Positions 53,472-62,911 of a DNA stretch of 64,000 nucleotides are shown here, in pieces; the stretch's first letter is position 1, and each line of letters begins with the position of its first letter. The stretch is taken from positions 7,081-71,080 of the forward strand of contig JADZBC010000009.1 in assembly GCA_020852295.1 (NCBI GenBank). The letters are read 5' to 3'. The stretch is from a bacterium. GTDB lineage: Bacteria > Patescibacteriota > Saccharimonadia > CAILAD01 > JADZBC01. Made by a program: the position numbers and the translations under genes. Under the pieces are notes generated by a model. The model ran no database searches, had not been told where the DNA came from, and saw nothing but the letters and a program-made list of their open reading frames with translations.

Positions 53472-55286
53472 TTGGCAGTGGTGCTTTTTGGTGCCCAGCC
53501 AAGTCACGCGGCCAATGCAGGCGACTTTCAGGCCGGTCGCATCATCGATGATGCTGTATTTACCAATAAGTCAGCTATGTCGGTTAGCGACATCCAGAAC
53601 TTTCTCAATAGTAAGGTGCCGGTATGTGACACCTATCATCCAGCTGGTCCGAGCGCTCAAGGGGCTCAGCCGCCATGGATTTGTCTCAAGAACTACAGCG
53701 AAGGCGGTCGTTCGGCGGCACAAATTATCTATGACGCCGCACAGACATATTCGATCAATCCTCGTGTAATTCTTGTAACGCTCCAAAAAGAAAATGGCCT
53801 CATCACCGATACTTGGCCATACCCGTGGCAGTACCGCACGGCGATGGGATTTGGTTGTCCCGACGGTGCGCCGTGTGATGCGCAGTGGTATGGCTTTACA
53901 AATCAGGTCAATCAGGGCGCTCGACACTTCCGCGGCTTCTTTGACAACAGCCTGAGCTTTGTGCCGTATCGCCCGGGTAATAATTTTATTCAATATAACC
54001 CAAATTCAGGTTGTGGTGGCACTACTCTCAATATCCAAAACAAAGCTACGGCGGCACTTTACAGTTACACTCCGTACCAACCAAATGCCGCTGCACTCAA
54101 TAACCTCTATGGATCTGGCGACGGCTGCAGTGCGTACGGCAATCGCAACTTCTGGCGCGACTACACCGATTGGTTTGGCTCCACCTTACAGCCGAGCTAT
54201 GCCTGGCAATATGTGGGTCAGACGAGCTCAGTAGGCGGCAACTTTGTTGCAACCCAAAAAGCCACCTGGACTTTAACCGCAAAAAACACTGGTACTGCCA
54301 CCTGGACTAATTCTGGAGCAAATCCAATCCGTCTTGGCACAAATAGTCCACGAGATCGCGCAAGCGTCTTTTGTGGGTGTCAACGCGCCGCAACACTCAA
54401 TGAGGCCTCGGTTGCTCCGGGCCAAAATGGGACCTTTACTTTTGAAGTGCAGGCGCCAACTGCAACCGGTAGCTACAAAGAGTACTTTAATCTCGTTGCC
54501 GAAGGAGTTACCTGGCTAAATGACCCAGGCTTATTCTGGGGGGTGACTGTGGTGGCGGCCAACTATTCAGGCACAAAACTGTCAGACTCGTTGCCTTCTT
54601 CTCTCGCAGTAGGCGTAAGTGGTTCGGGGAGCTTAGTAATCCGAAACGACAGCAATGTAGCTTGGTATAACAATGGACGCAATCCGATACTGTTGGGTAC
54701 GAGCAACCCGACCGATCGTTCGAGTGCATTTATCGCTGCAGGGTGGCTAGGCCCTAATAGGCCGACCCGTATGGCGGAAGCAGTCGTAGCTCCAGGTCAA
54801 AACGCCACGTTTAGCTTCGCCCTCAAGGCACCCTCACAGCCAGGTGGCTACAATGAGAACTTTCAGTTACTCGCAGAAGGATACCGATGGTTTGGTCAAA
54901 ATATATCACATCCAATTACAGTAACCGGCCAACAGAACACGCCAGTTGGCACAATGTCCTCCAGTCAAAGTCTAGGTGCGAACCAGGCACTAGTCTCACA
55001 AGACGGGAGATACAGATTGATAATGCAGGGCGACGGAAACTTGGTTCTCTATTCGCCGAGCAGGGCGATTTGGTCAACGCGAACAAGCGGTAAGCCATCA
55101 ACCAGACTAGACATCCAGGGTGATGGGAACCTTGTCCTTTATGGCAACGATGGTCGCTACTACTGGGCATCTTGGACACAGGGTCGTCAGCTTGGCTTTC
55201 TGAATATGCAAAACGACGGCAACCTGGTGCTTTATGACTCTCAGGGACGCCCAATATGGAGTACTGGAACTAGTGGAAGAATTTAG
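53472..55286 (+). CDS. Secreted protein whose C-terminal region carries bulb-type (B-)lectin repeats, downstream of a Cys-rich domain. The true start is probably upstream of the TTG.
   Basis: The three C-terminal repeats LIMQGDGNLVLY / LDIQGDGNLVLY / LNMQNDGNLVLY match the QxDxNxVxY mannose-binding bulb-lectin motif. The frame is open back to 53409, where RBS GAGGAGGG lies at 53415, and the signal peptide reads ...ILLGTLLAVVLFGAQPSHAANA. Confidence 0.7.
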   Translation: MAVVLFGAQPSHAANAGDFQAGRIIDDAVFTNKSAMSVSDIQNFLNSKVPVCDTYHPAGPSAQGAQPPWICLKNYSEGGRSAAQIIYDAAQTYSINPRVILVTLQKENGLITDTWPYPWQYRTAMGFGCPDGAPCDAQWYGFTNQVNQGARHFRGFFDNSLSFVPYRPGNNFIQYNPNSGCGGTTLNIQNKATAALYSYTPYQPNAAALNNLYGSGDGCSAYGNRNFWRDYTDWFGSTLQPSYAWQYVGQTSSVGGNFVATQKATWTLTAKNTGTATWTNSGANPIRLGTNSPRDRASVFCGCQRAATLNEASVAPGQNGTFTFEVQAPTATGSYKEYFNLVAEGVTWLNDPGLFWGVTVVAANYSGTKLSDSLPSSLAVGVSGSGSLVIRNDSNVAWYNNGRNPILLGTSNPTDRSSAFIAAGWLGPNRPTRMAEAVVAPGQNATFSFALKAPSQPGGYNENFQLLAEGYRWFGQNISHPITVTGQQNTPVGTMSSSQSLGANQALVSQDGRYRLIMQGDGNLVLYSPSRAIWSTRTSGKPSTRLDIQGDGNLVLYGNDGRYYWASWTQGRQLGFLNMQNDGNLVLYDSQGRPIWSTGTSGRI

Positions 55287-55334
55287 CAACATTGCACTCA
55301 TCTGGTAAACTAGGAAATCACAGGTGAGGTAAGT

Positions 55335-56399
55335 ATGCAAAAAAACAGTAAGATTTACATCGCGGGTCATCGCGGGCTAGTTGGAAGTGCCATATGGCGG
55401 CACCTAGAAGAAAACGGCTATACGAATCTTGTTGGTCGAACTCATGCCGAGCTTGAGTTGACCGATCAGCAGGCTGTTGACGAATTTTTCGAAACAGAAA
55501 AACCGGAGTTTGTTTTTTTGGCGGCGGCTAAGGTTGGCGGTATTAATGCTAACAATATCTACCGGGCGGAGTTCATCTACTCAAACCTTGCCATTCAAGA
55601 CAATATCGTTAGTGCTTCATACAAACATGGTGTCAAGAAGATGGTCTTTCTCGGGAGTGTTTGTATATATCCAAAGCACGCGGCACTGCCAGTTCGTGAG
55701 GACTGTCTGCTCACCGGTGAGCTGGAATATACAAACGAGCCATATGCACTCGCCAAGATTGCTGGCATTAAGCTAACCGAGAGCTACAATCTTCAGTATG
55801 GCACCAATTATGTTTCTGTGATGCCCGCCAACCTATATGGCGAGAATGACAACTTTGACCTTGAAAAATCGCATGTTATCCCGGCGCTAATTCGCAAGAT
55901 GATACTGTGCAAGCACATCGAAAATGCCGATTTTGCCGAGGCGGCCAAAAACCTTGGGCTGACGGACGACGATGAGGCGGCCGTGCTGGCAGAAGTTGCA
56001 AAATATGGTATTGAGAAGCGGAATAACGAGGTGGTGCTCAAGGTCTGGGGGAGCGGCAAGCCATATCGAGAGTTTATGCACTCCGATGACATGGCCGAAG
56101 CTTGTGTGTATATCATGAATAATGTAGATTTTCCAGATCTAGCCGAGGGGCTTAAAGAGGTTCGCAATACACACATCAACCTCGGCACGGGCAAGGATAT
56201 CTCCATTCGGGATTTAGTAGGTCTCATCAAAGACATCGTCGGCACGAGTGCCGTGATCGAGTTTGACACGAGCAAGCCAGACGGCACCTTCCGTCGCTAC
56301 ATGGATGTAGAAAAAGTTCACGAGCTCGGCTGGCATCACAAGATTGAACTCGAAGACGGACTTCGAAAAACCATCGAGTGGTACCAACACAATAGCTAA
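55335..56399 (+). CDS. fcl: GDP-L-fucose synthase (GDP-4-keto-6-deoxy-D-mannose 3,5-epimerase/4-reductase).
   Basis: IYIAGHRGLVGSAI Rossmann fold, catalytic YALAKIAG (Y..K), SHVIPALIRK. It is collinear with E. coli Fcl apart from a roughly 40-aa insertion. Confidence 0.9.
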   Translation: MQKNSKIYIAGHRGLVGSAIWRHLEENGYTNLVGRTHAELELTDQQAVDEFFETEKPEFVFLAAAKVGGINANNIYRAEFIYSNLAIQDNIVSASYKHGVKKMVFLGSVCIYPKHAALPVREDCLLTGELEYTNEPYALAKIAGIKLTESYNLQYGTNYVSVMPANLYGENDNFDLEKSHVIPALIRKMILCKHIENADFAEAAKNLGLTDDDEAAVLAEVAKYGIEKRNNEVVLKVWGSGKPYREFMHSDDMAEACVYIMNNVDFPDLAEGLKEVRNTHINLGTGKDISIRDLVGLIKDIVGTSAVIEFDTSKPDGTFRRYMDVEKVHELGWHHKIELEDGLRKTIEWYQHNS

Positions 56400-56422
56400 C
56401 AGATATAGTATAATTACTACAT

Positions 56423-57250
56423 ATGGAACAGACGATCGTTATCCGTCCCAAGAAACGCTTGTCCATCGACTGGAAAGAGCTCAGAGAATATCGCGAGCTC
56501 TTCTTCTACTTCGCATGGCGAGATGTAAAGGTTCGCTATAAGCAGACAGCTATCGGCATTGTCTGGGCGGTTCTCCAGCCGTTTATCCAAATGGTCGTAT
56601 TCACGCTATTCTTCAATAAAGTCGCCGGCATTCAGGCTGGTACTCGCCAGGTGCCATATGCGATTTTTTCGTTTATAGGATTGCTTTTCTGGAACTATTT
56701 TTCACAAGCCCTCCAGCGCTCAGCCAATAGCCTGGTCGACAACCAGTCGGTAGTCACCAAGGTTTATTTCCCGCGTATTATTCCGCCGATATCTTCGACC
56801 GTTGTCAGTCTTATCGACTTTGCTTTTGCAGCACTTGTTTTTGTGGGGCTTATGTTTTTCTTCCAGTTCCCGCCGACGGCTTTAGGCCTTTTACTAACTG
56901 TCCCAGCGATTCTCGTCACATTTGTCGCAGCATCCGGCATCGGACTGTTTTTGGCGGCAGTCAATGTGAAGTATCGTGATGTAAAACAGGCACTGCCATT
57001 TTTGGTTCAAACTGGTCTATTCTTGACCCCGGTTATTTATCCTGTTGCTTCGATCCCTCAGCAGTATCAGTGGCTTTTATACCTTAATCCTATGACGGGG
57101 GTCATCAACGCAATGCGCTCGAGCTACCTCAATGACAATCCGATCGACTGGGGTCTGACGCTACTTTCCATTGTGGTTTCAGTTCTGTTGTTTGTAGGCG
57201 GCCTGTATTACTTTAAGGGTCGAGAAAAGGAATTTGCGGATATCATATGA
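56423..57250 (+). CDS. ABC-2-type polysaccharide export permease (Wzm/TagG-like).
   Basis: Six TM helices with ABC-2 signature organization. It overlaps the downstream ATPase gene by 4 nt. Confidence 0.85.
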   Translation: MEQTIVIRPKKRLSIDWKELREYRELFFYFAWRDVKVRYKQTAIGIVWAVLQPFIQMVVFTLFFNKVAGIQAGTRQVPYAIFSFIGLLFWNYFSQALQRSANSLVDNQSVVTKVYFPRIIPPISSTVVSLIDFAFAALVFVGLMFFFQFPPTALGLLLTVPAILVTFVAASGIGLFLAAVNVKYRDVKQALPFLVQTGLFLTPVIYPVASIPQQYQWLLYLNPMTGVINAMRSSYLNDNPIDWGLTLLSIVVSVLLFVGGLYYFKGREKEFADII

Positions 57251-58431
57251 GCAACCCAGTAATACAGATTAAGAATCTTTCTAAGGCCTACATGATTGGG
57301 CACGAGCAGCAGGCAGCTGTGGGCACGATGACGTTCCGGGATACGCTTACCAACATTGCCCGCAAACCGATCGAGCTCATCACGGGCCACCAGCTCAAGA
57401 AGGAAAAATTTTGGGCGCTCAAAGACGTTAATCTCGACATCGAAAAAGGTGATGTGGTCGGCATTATTGGCCGCAACGGCTCTGGTAAATCCACCTTACT
57501 GAAAGTCCTGTCGCGAATTGTCGAGCCAACCGAAGGGGAGATTACGATGCACGGTAGAGTGGCTAGCCTGCTAGAGGTTGGGACGGGTTTTCACCCTGAG
57601 CTAACTGGCCGAGAGAATATTTATTTCAATGGCGCTATCCTGGGCATGACTCGCAAAGAGATAAAGGCTAAGTTCGATGAAATCGTGGCGTTTTCAGAGG
57701 TAGAGAAGTTTCTTGATACCCCAGTGAAGTTTTATTCGAGTGGCATGTATGTGCGATTGGCCTTTGCTGTCGCGGCGCACCTAGACCCTGACATTCTGAT
57801 TGTGGATGAGGTGCTGGCGGTTGGCGACGCGGCATTTCAGAAAAAATGTCTCGGCAAGATGAAGGATGTCGCCGGCGAGGGTCGTACGGTGCTTTTTGTG
57901 AGCCACAATATGGCTGCGGTGCAATCGCTGTGCAACAAGGGGGTTGTTATGCAGAGCGGGAAGATGAAGTATACTGGATCGATTGTTGGGGCTATAGAGA
58001 AGTATAATATTCAAGAAGATTTTTCTAGTGCACTTAAGTCAGCTAAGAATCTGGACTCAAAGGCTGCGGTGAAATCTGTGGAGTTTGGGGGGAATATTGC
58101 CCATAAGTACGGGTCGAAGTCAGAGATTTTGGTAAATCTCAATATAAGAAAAATCCAGAAAATTAGGTTGGTGATAAACTTACTGAACTCTAGTGGGCAA
58201 GTCGTATTGAGCTTTGGGAAAATCTTTCAGGTGGAGGATGGGGATAATCGACTCACACTACAGACACCAAGCCTCCGACTTAACGGAGGTAGCTACCGCG
58301 CCAACCTAGTAGTGTTTGATGAGCAGAGGTCGTCCGTGGAGAACTTTCTGGAAGAGATAGGCGTTGTAAGGGTAGAAAAAAGTGTAATTATCCCAAGTGG
58401 ACTAGAGGAAACCATATATCATGAAGTATAA
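57247..58431 (+). CDS. ABC polysaccharide export ATP-binding protein (Wzt/TagH-like) with a C-terminal substrate-recognition extension.
   Basis: Walker A GIIGRNGSGKSTLLK, signature YSSGMYVRLAFA, Walker B ILIVDEVLAVGD, plus about 140 extra C-terminal residues. Confidence 0.85.
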   Translation: MSNPVIQIKNLSKAYMIGHEQQAAVGTMTFRDTLTNIARKPIELITGHQLKKEKFWALKDVNLDIEKGDVVGIIGRNGSGKSTLLKVLSRIVEPTEGEITMHGRVASLLEVGTGFHPELTGRENIYFNGAILGMTRKEIKAKFDEIVAFSEVEKFLDTPVKFYSSGMYVRLAFAVAAHLDPDILIVDEVLAVGDAAFQKKCLGKMKDVAGEGRTVLFVSHNMAAVQSLCNKGVVMQSGKMKYTGSIVGAIEKYNIQEDFSSALKSAKNLDSKAAVKSVEFGGNIAHKYGSKSEILVNLNIRKIQKIRLVINLLNSSGQVVLSFGKIFQVEDGDNRLTLQTPSLRLNGGSYRANLVVFDEQRSSVENFLEEIGVVRVEKSVIIPSGLEETIYHEV

Positions 58432-59146
58432 ATTACTAAACTACATCAGTCACTATAAGGAGGCGATGCACAATCTTGAAAGCATCATAAAAGACAAATC
58501 TAATAGTGTTTTTGTGCACAACGTGGGCGAGCCCCCTAGGCATATCCGTGAAGATTTTATCTTGAATAGTTGCAAAGGAAAATCGGTATTACATTTTGGC
58601 TTTGCAGACGCACCATTCACTAAAAACAGGCTTAAGTCGAATGAGATTTTACATATTCGTATTAAGAAAGTAGCAAAAAGTGTTTTCGGTGCAGATATTA
58701 ATAGTGCTGCGATCGATGAATACAGGAAGGCTACCAAGGATCTTAATAATGCTGAAATAGATATCACAAAGAAGATTGACACTGGATTATTCAAAAATCA
58801 GAAGTTTGACGTAATTCTGCTCGGTGAAATCGTGGAGCATTTAGATAACCCCGTACAAGCACTACAAAACCTAAAGGAAATATCTGCGAAGGTGTGCACC
58901 CGGGGTTCGTATTTATTAATAACCGTACCCAGTGCATTTAGTTTTGATGGTCAAGTCGCGGCGTACCACGGCTATGAGATTGTGCACCCCGACCATTTAT
59001 ACTATTTTTCACCAGTCACCATAAAAACACTCTTAAGGCGCGCTGGCTTCAGGAGCAGTAAAATCTTTCTATATAGAAGTCCTGTAGATAAAAAGAGCCG
59101 TGGAATATCATCTGCGGGCGTGATTGCAAAATCAGAGATTAAATGA
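58421..59146 (+). CDS. Class I SAM-dependent methyltransferase-like protein (FkbM/Methyltransf_23-like).
   Basis: FDVILLGEIVEHLDNP motif block and overall length. It is AT-rich and overlaps both flanking genes. Confidence 0.5.
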   Translation: MKYKLLNYISHYKEAMHNLESIIKDKSNSVFVHNVGEPPRHIREDFILNSCKGKSVLHFGFADAPFTKNRLKSNEILHIRIKKVAKSVFGADINSAAIDEYRKATKDLNNAEIDITKKIDTGLFKNQKFDVILLGEIVEHLDNPVQALQNLKEISAKVCTRGSYLLITVPSAFSFDGQVAAYHGYEIVHPDHLYYFSPVTIKTLLRRAGFRSSKIFLYRSPVDKKSRGISSAGVIAKSEIK

Positions 59147-60309
59147 AGATACTCCATACAGTCGAGTTTTATGCTCCCTCGATTGGAGGTTCTCAAGAAG
59201 TGGTGCGCCAGATTTCTGAAAGGATGGCGGCAATGGGGCATGACGTAACAGTTGCAACCTCTTTCTTGCCAGAAAGAGAATTCAGCACTCTTAACCGGGT
59301 AAAAATAAAGCAGTTTAAAATCTCTGGAAATGAAGTAAGAGGATATAAGGGCGATGTAAAAGAATACCAGGATTTCATTTTGACTTCAAAGTTCGATGTA
59401 GTAATGAACTATGCCGCGCAAGAGTGGACGGCAGACCTTATTTTTCCATTGCTTGACAAAATAAAATGTCGAAAAATATTTGTGCCATGTGGGTATTCAG
59501 CGTTGAGCGATCCACTGTATTCCGAATACTTCAAAAAAATGCCAAATGTATTGCGCCAGTATGATGCCACCATATATCTGGCCAATAAATATCGGGATAT
59601 TGATTTTGCTAGGCAGCACAAAATAAAAAACATTCACATTGTTCCCAATGGAGCCGATGAACGTGAGTTTTTAAATGACTACGATGGAGATATTCGAAGC
59701 GAACTACGCATACCTCAAGAGTCAAAAATGATTATGCACCTAGGAAGCTTTACCGGACTAAAGGGACAGTCGGAGGCTATTGAAATATATAGACGAACTA
59801 AATCAAGCAACACGGTACTTTTGATGGTGGGGAATGTTTTTAATCAAAGTCTTTACCGCAAACTTAGGATGATGGCGACACGATTTAATCTCACCCCAGC
59901 AAATATCCGAAGCAAGAAGAGAATACTCATAAAACAGCTTGATAGGAGGCGCACCGTCGCCTCACTGAAAGCAGCCGATGTATTTCTTTTTCCTTCAAAT
60001 ATCGAGGCCTCTCCACTTGTGTTATTTGAAGCGTGTGCCGCTAAGACACCCTTTTTGACGACTGACGTTGGTAATGCTCAGGAAATCGTGAAATGGACAC
60101 AAGGGGGCCGGGTGCTTCCAACGAGCTTTGACGGCAATGGTTACGCGCACCCAGAGGTACGTGGGTCGGCAAAAATGCTTGATGATTTACTCTCTAATGA
60201 GAGTGAATGCTCAGCGCTTGCGGGCAAAGGCTACTCGGCTTGGAGTAAAAAATTTAGATGGGATAAGATTGCTTCGCAATACCTCACGCTCTACAAGGGT
60301 GGACTATGA
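59143..60309 (+). CDS. GT4-type (GT1-fold) glycosyltransferase.
   Basis: C-terminal E..EASPLVLFEACAAKTPFLTTDVG, an EX7E-like retaining-GT motif. Confidence 0.8.
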   Translation: MKILHTVEFYAPSIGGSQEVVRQISERMAAMGHDVTVATSFLPEREFSTLNRVKIKQFKISGNEVRGYKGDVKEYQDFILTSKFDVVMNYAAQEWTADLIFPLLDKIKCRKIFVPCGYSALSDPLYSEYFKKMPNVLRQYDATIYLANKYRDIDFARQHKIKNIHIVPNGADEREFLNDYDGDIRSELRIPQESKMIMHLGSFTGLKGQSEAIEIYRRTKSSNTVLLMVGNVFNQSLYRKLRMMATRFNLTPANIRSKKRILIKQLDRRRTVASLKAADVFLFPSNIEASPLVLFEACAAKTPFLTTDVGNAQEIVKWTQGGRVLPTSFDGNGYAHPEVRGSAKMLDDLLSNESECSALAGKGYSAWSKKFRWDKIASQYLTLYKGGL

Positions 60310-61142
60310 TTACTATCAAACTACAGGGTGGACTTGGCAATCAAATGTTTCAGTATGCTGCAGCAAGGTCCCTGGCTCTGCGTAATCACACAGTACCAAC
60401 ACTAGACTTATCTTGGTTTGGTCAAGATTTTGACGACTCGACAACTCCACGACACTATGAGCTCTCCTGCTTTGTGTTAGACTCTAGCACTTCAAGATAC
60501 AAAGGAACTGTGCTGGAAAAGCTGCAGCGTCGGTTTGCGATGCAATATAAGGAACCGCATTTTCACTTTGACAAAGCATTCAAAGCCTTGCCAAAAAACA
60601 CTACTCTAGAAGGTTATTTTCAGTCTGAAAAATATTTTAGTGATATACGAGATGAACTACTGAGTGATTTTTCTTGGGTAAAAGAGGCGAAAGGAACAAA
60701 TAGGGAGCTACTAGGGCGTATCAAGAAGGATGAATCGAGCGTATCGGTGCACGTAAGACGCGGCGATTATGTCTCAAACGAGAATGCTGCAAAATTTCAT
60801 GGGCTAACGGGCCTTGAATACTATAATGCTGCCTACCAGAGAATAAAGAAACAAATCAAAAAACCAAGATTATACATATTCTCAGACGAGCCAGATTGGT
60901 GCAAAAAGAGTTTAAAATTCGATGCTCCAACCATCTATGTATCTCACAATAGCGATGGCTCCGAAGATATGCGACTCATGAAGGCGTGTCAGCATAACAT
61001 AATTGCAAACTCTAGTTTTTCTTGGTGGGCTGCATGGCTCAATGAAAACCCTGATAAAATTGTAATAGCACCGAAGCAGTGGTTTAGCCACTCTGAGAGT
61101 AATACTAAAGATATAATCCCACCGTCATGGCACAAACTATAA
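60306..61142 (+). CDS. GT11-family alpha-1,2-fucosyltransferase.
   Basis: GGLGNQMFQYA, HVRRGDY, and SSFSWWAAWL, the three hallmark GT11 motifs. Confidence 0.85.
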   Translation: MITIKLQGGLGNQMFQYAAARSLALRNHTVPTLDLSWFGQDFDDSTTPRHYELSCFVLDSSTSRYKGTVLEKLQRRFAMQYKEPHFHFDKAFKALPKNTTLEGYFQSEKYFSDIRDELLSDFSWVKEAKGTNRELLGRIKKDESSVSVHVRRGDYVSNENAAKFHGLTGLEYYNAAYQRIKKQIKKPRLYIFSDEPDWCKKSLKFDAPTIYVSHNSDGSEDMRLMKACQHNIIANSSFSWWAAWLNENPDKIVIAPKQWFSHSESNTKDIIPPSWHKL

Positions 61143-62050
61143 AAAAGAAGTCAAAGAAGGGATCCGGTACGCCCCTTGTTTCTGTTGTAATGAGCGTTTA
61201 CAACGGTGAAAAATATTTGAGGGAAGCGATTGATTCCATACTCAATCAAACGTTTATGGATTTTGAGTTTGTCATAATAGACGATGGTTCGACAGATAAT
61301 ACGTTAGAGATCCTAAAGAGCTATAGTGATCCACGTATTCTACTCATTAGCAGGGAAAATAAAGGACTTGTAGCCTCCTTAAACGAAGGGATCGAGATGG
61401 CGCGAGGCAAATATATCGCACGCATGGACGCGGATGATATAAGTCACAAGAAGAGATTAGAATACCAACTGCAAATGATCGAATCCAGTTTCGTGCCAAC
61501 GGTCGTAGCTACTCTTGGACTACTAATCGACGACCAAGGCACAAAAAGAGGCACCTATCTCGTGCCCTATTTGCAGCCAGACTTGGCACGGAGATTTTAT
61601 ATCGGTAATTCTATATTGCATGGATCGGCCATGTATCCAAGGGATGCCGTTCTTCAAAATGGACTGTATTCTGATAGTGTCGGGCCGGTTGAGGATTACG
61701 ATCTTTGGACTAGACTTGATTTACTATCTTTTTCTGTGGTGCCCAAGATGCTTTATTCGTATAGAGTAAATGAGGAAGGTGTCTCTATCCAAAGAAGTAC
61801 CCAACAGTTAAGAGGCGCTAAAATAGTAAGAGATGAGCTTTGGCGCAATAACAACCTTCCGGGGTTACGGCTGTTTGGGCTATGGTCGCGCATAAAAACA
61901 TATAAAACCGTCAATGCACAGATTGTATTCGACCTTTTGAGTGATCAAAAAATGCTCATAAAACAGGCCCTAAAGAGAAACCGGTTCTTCCTGGCCTTTA
62001 AGAATCTCCTCAATTACTTAACCGTAAAGCTATTGAATAAGTTAATATAA
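61127..62050 (+). CDS. GT2-family glycosyltransferase.
   Basis: VSVVMSVYNGEKYL, IIDDGSTDNT, and DADD (DxD). Confidence 0.85.
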   Translation: MAQTIKKKSKKGSGTPLVSVVMSVYNGEKYLREAIDSILNQTFMDFEFVIIDDGSTDNTLEILKSYSDPRILLISRENKGLVASLNEGIEMARGKYIARMDADDISHKKRLEYQLQMIESSFVPTVVATLGLLIDDQGTKRGTYLVPYLQPDLARRFYIGNSILHGSAMYPRDAVLQNGLYSDSVGPVEDYDLWTRLDLLSFSVVPKMLYSYRVNEEGVSIQRSTQQLRGAKIVRDELWRNNNLPGLRLFGLWSRIKTYKTVNAQIVFDLLSDQKMLIKQALKRNRFFLAFKNLLNYLTVKLLNKLI

Positions 62051-62054
62051 GAAG

Positions 62055-62891
62055 ATGAAGAAGAATCGTGAAAAGATAACAGTGTTAATTAACACACTTA
62101 ACGAACAGGACAATATTGTGGACTGCATCAGGTCGGTCGAGTGGGCTGATGAGATACTGGTGGTGGATATGCACTCAGATGATGATACCGTAAAACTAGC
62201 ACAAAAGTTTGGGGCAAAAGTCTTAAACTTTGAAAGGGTGGGCTATGTGGAACCCGCAAGAAACTTTGGCATTGAAAAAGCGCTTAATGACTGGATTTTT
62301 GTAGTGGACGCCGATGAAAGAATTCCAGGTCAATTGGCTCAAAAAGTACGAGATTTAGTTGATGGTAATGAGTATGATGTTTGTTGGGTTCCCGAAAAGA
62401 ATATGGTATTTGGTGAATGGATTCAACATGGGCTATTGTGGCCAGACTATCACCCCCGGTTGTTTAGAAAAGGGTTTATCCAGTGGTCAAGCAATGTACA
62501 TGACATCCCAAAACCAATCGGTAGAGAAACATATCTCGCCGCGGAGCAAGATTTAGCTATTGAGCATTTGTCAAAATCATATGCAACGGTTTCGGGATTT
62601 GTTGATAGTTACAATAGGTATAGCACATTCGAGGCTGATACCCTCAAGCGGCAAGGATATAAATTTCGAAGCAGGCACTATATACTTGTTCCCGTCAGGG
62701 AGTTTCGCAGCAGGTTCTTTAAGCACAAGGGCTACAGGGATGGGCACCACGGCCTAAGACTGGCCCTTCTCTTTGCATTCTATAAATTTCTGGTAATTGC
62801 GAAATATGTGGAGAAATATAATCCCACAATTAATAACGATAAAGGGCTTAAGAAGTGGCAATATCTATATAGACTGCTTCGTGATCGTTAA
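62055..62891 (+). CDS. GT2-family glycosyltransferase.
   Basis: ITVLINTLNEQDNI, LVVDMHSDDDT, and VVDADE (DxD). Confidence 0.8.
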   Translation: MKKNREKITVLINTLNEQDNIVDCIRSVEWADEILVVDMHSDDDTVKLAQKFGAKVLNFERVGYVEPARNFGIEKALNDWIFVVDADERIPGQLAQKVRDLVDGNEYDVCWVPEKNMVFGEWIQHGLLWPDYHPRLFRKGFIQWSSNVHDIPKPIGRETYLAAEQDLAIEHLSKSYATVSGFVDSYNRYSTFEADTLKRQGYKFRSRHYILVPVREFRSRFFKHKGYRDGHHGLRLALLFAFYKFLVIAKYVEKYNPTINNDKGLKKWQYLYRLLRDR

Positions 62892-62911
62892 ATTGTAAAG
62901 GGAGAAGCTAA

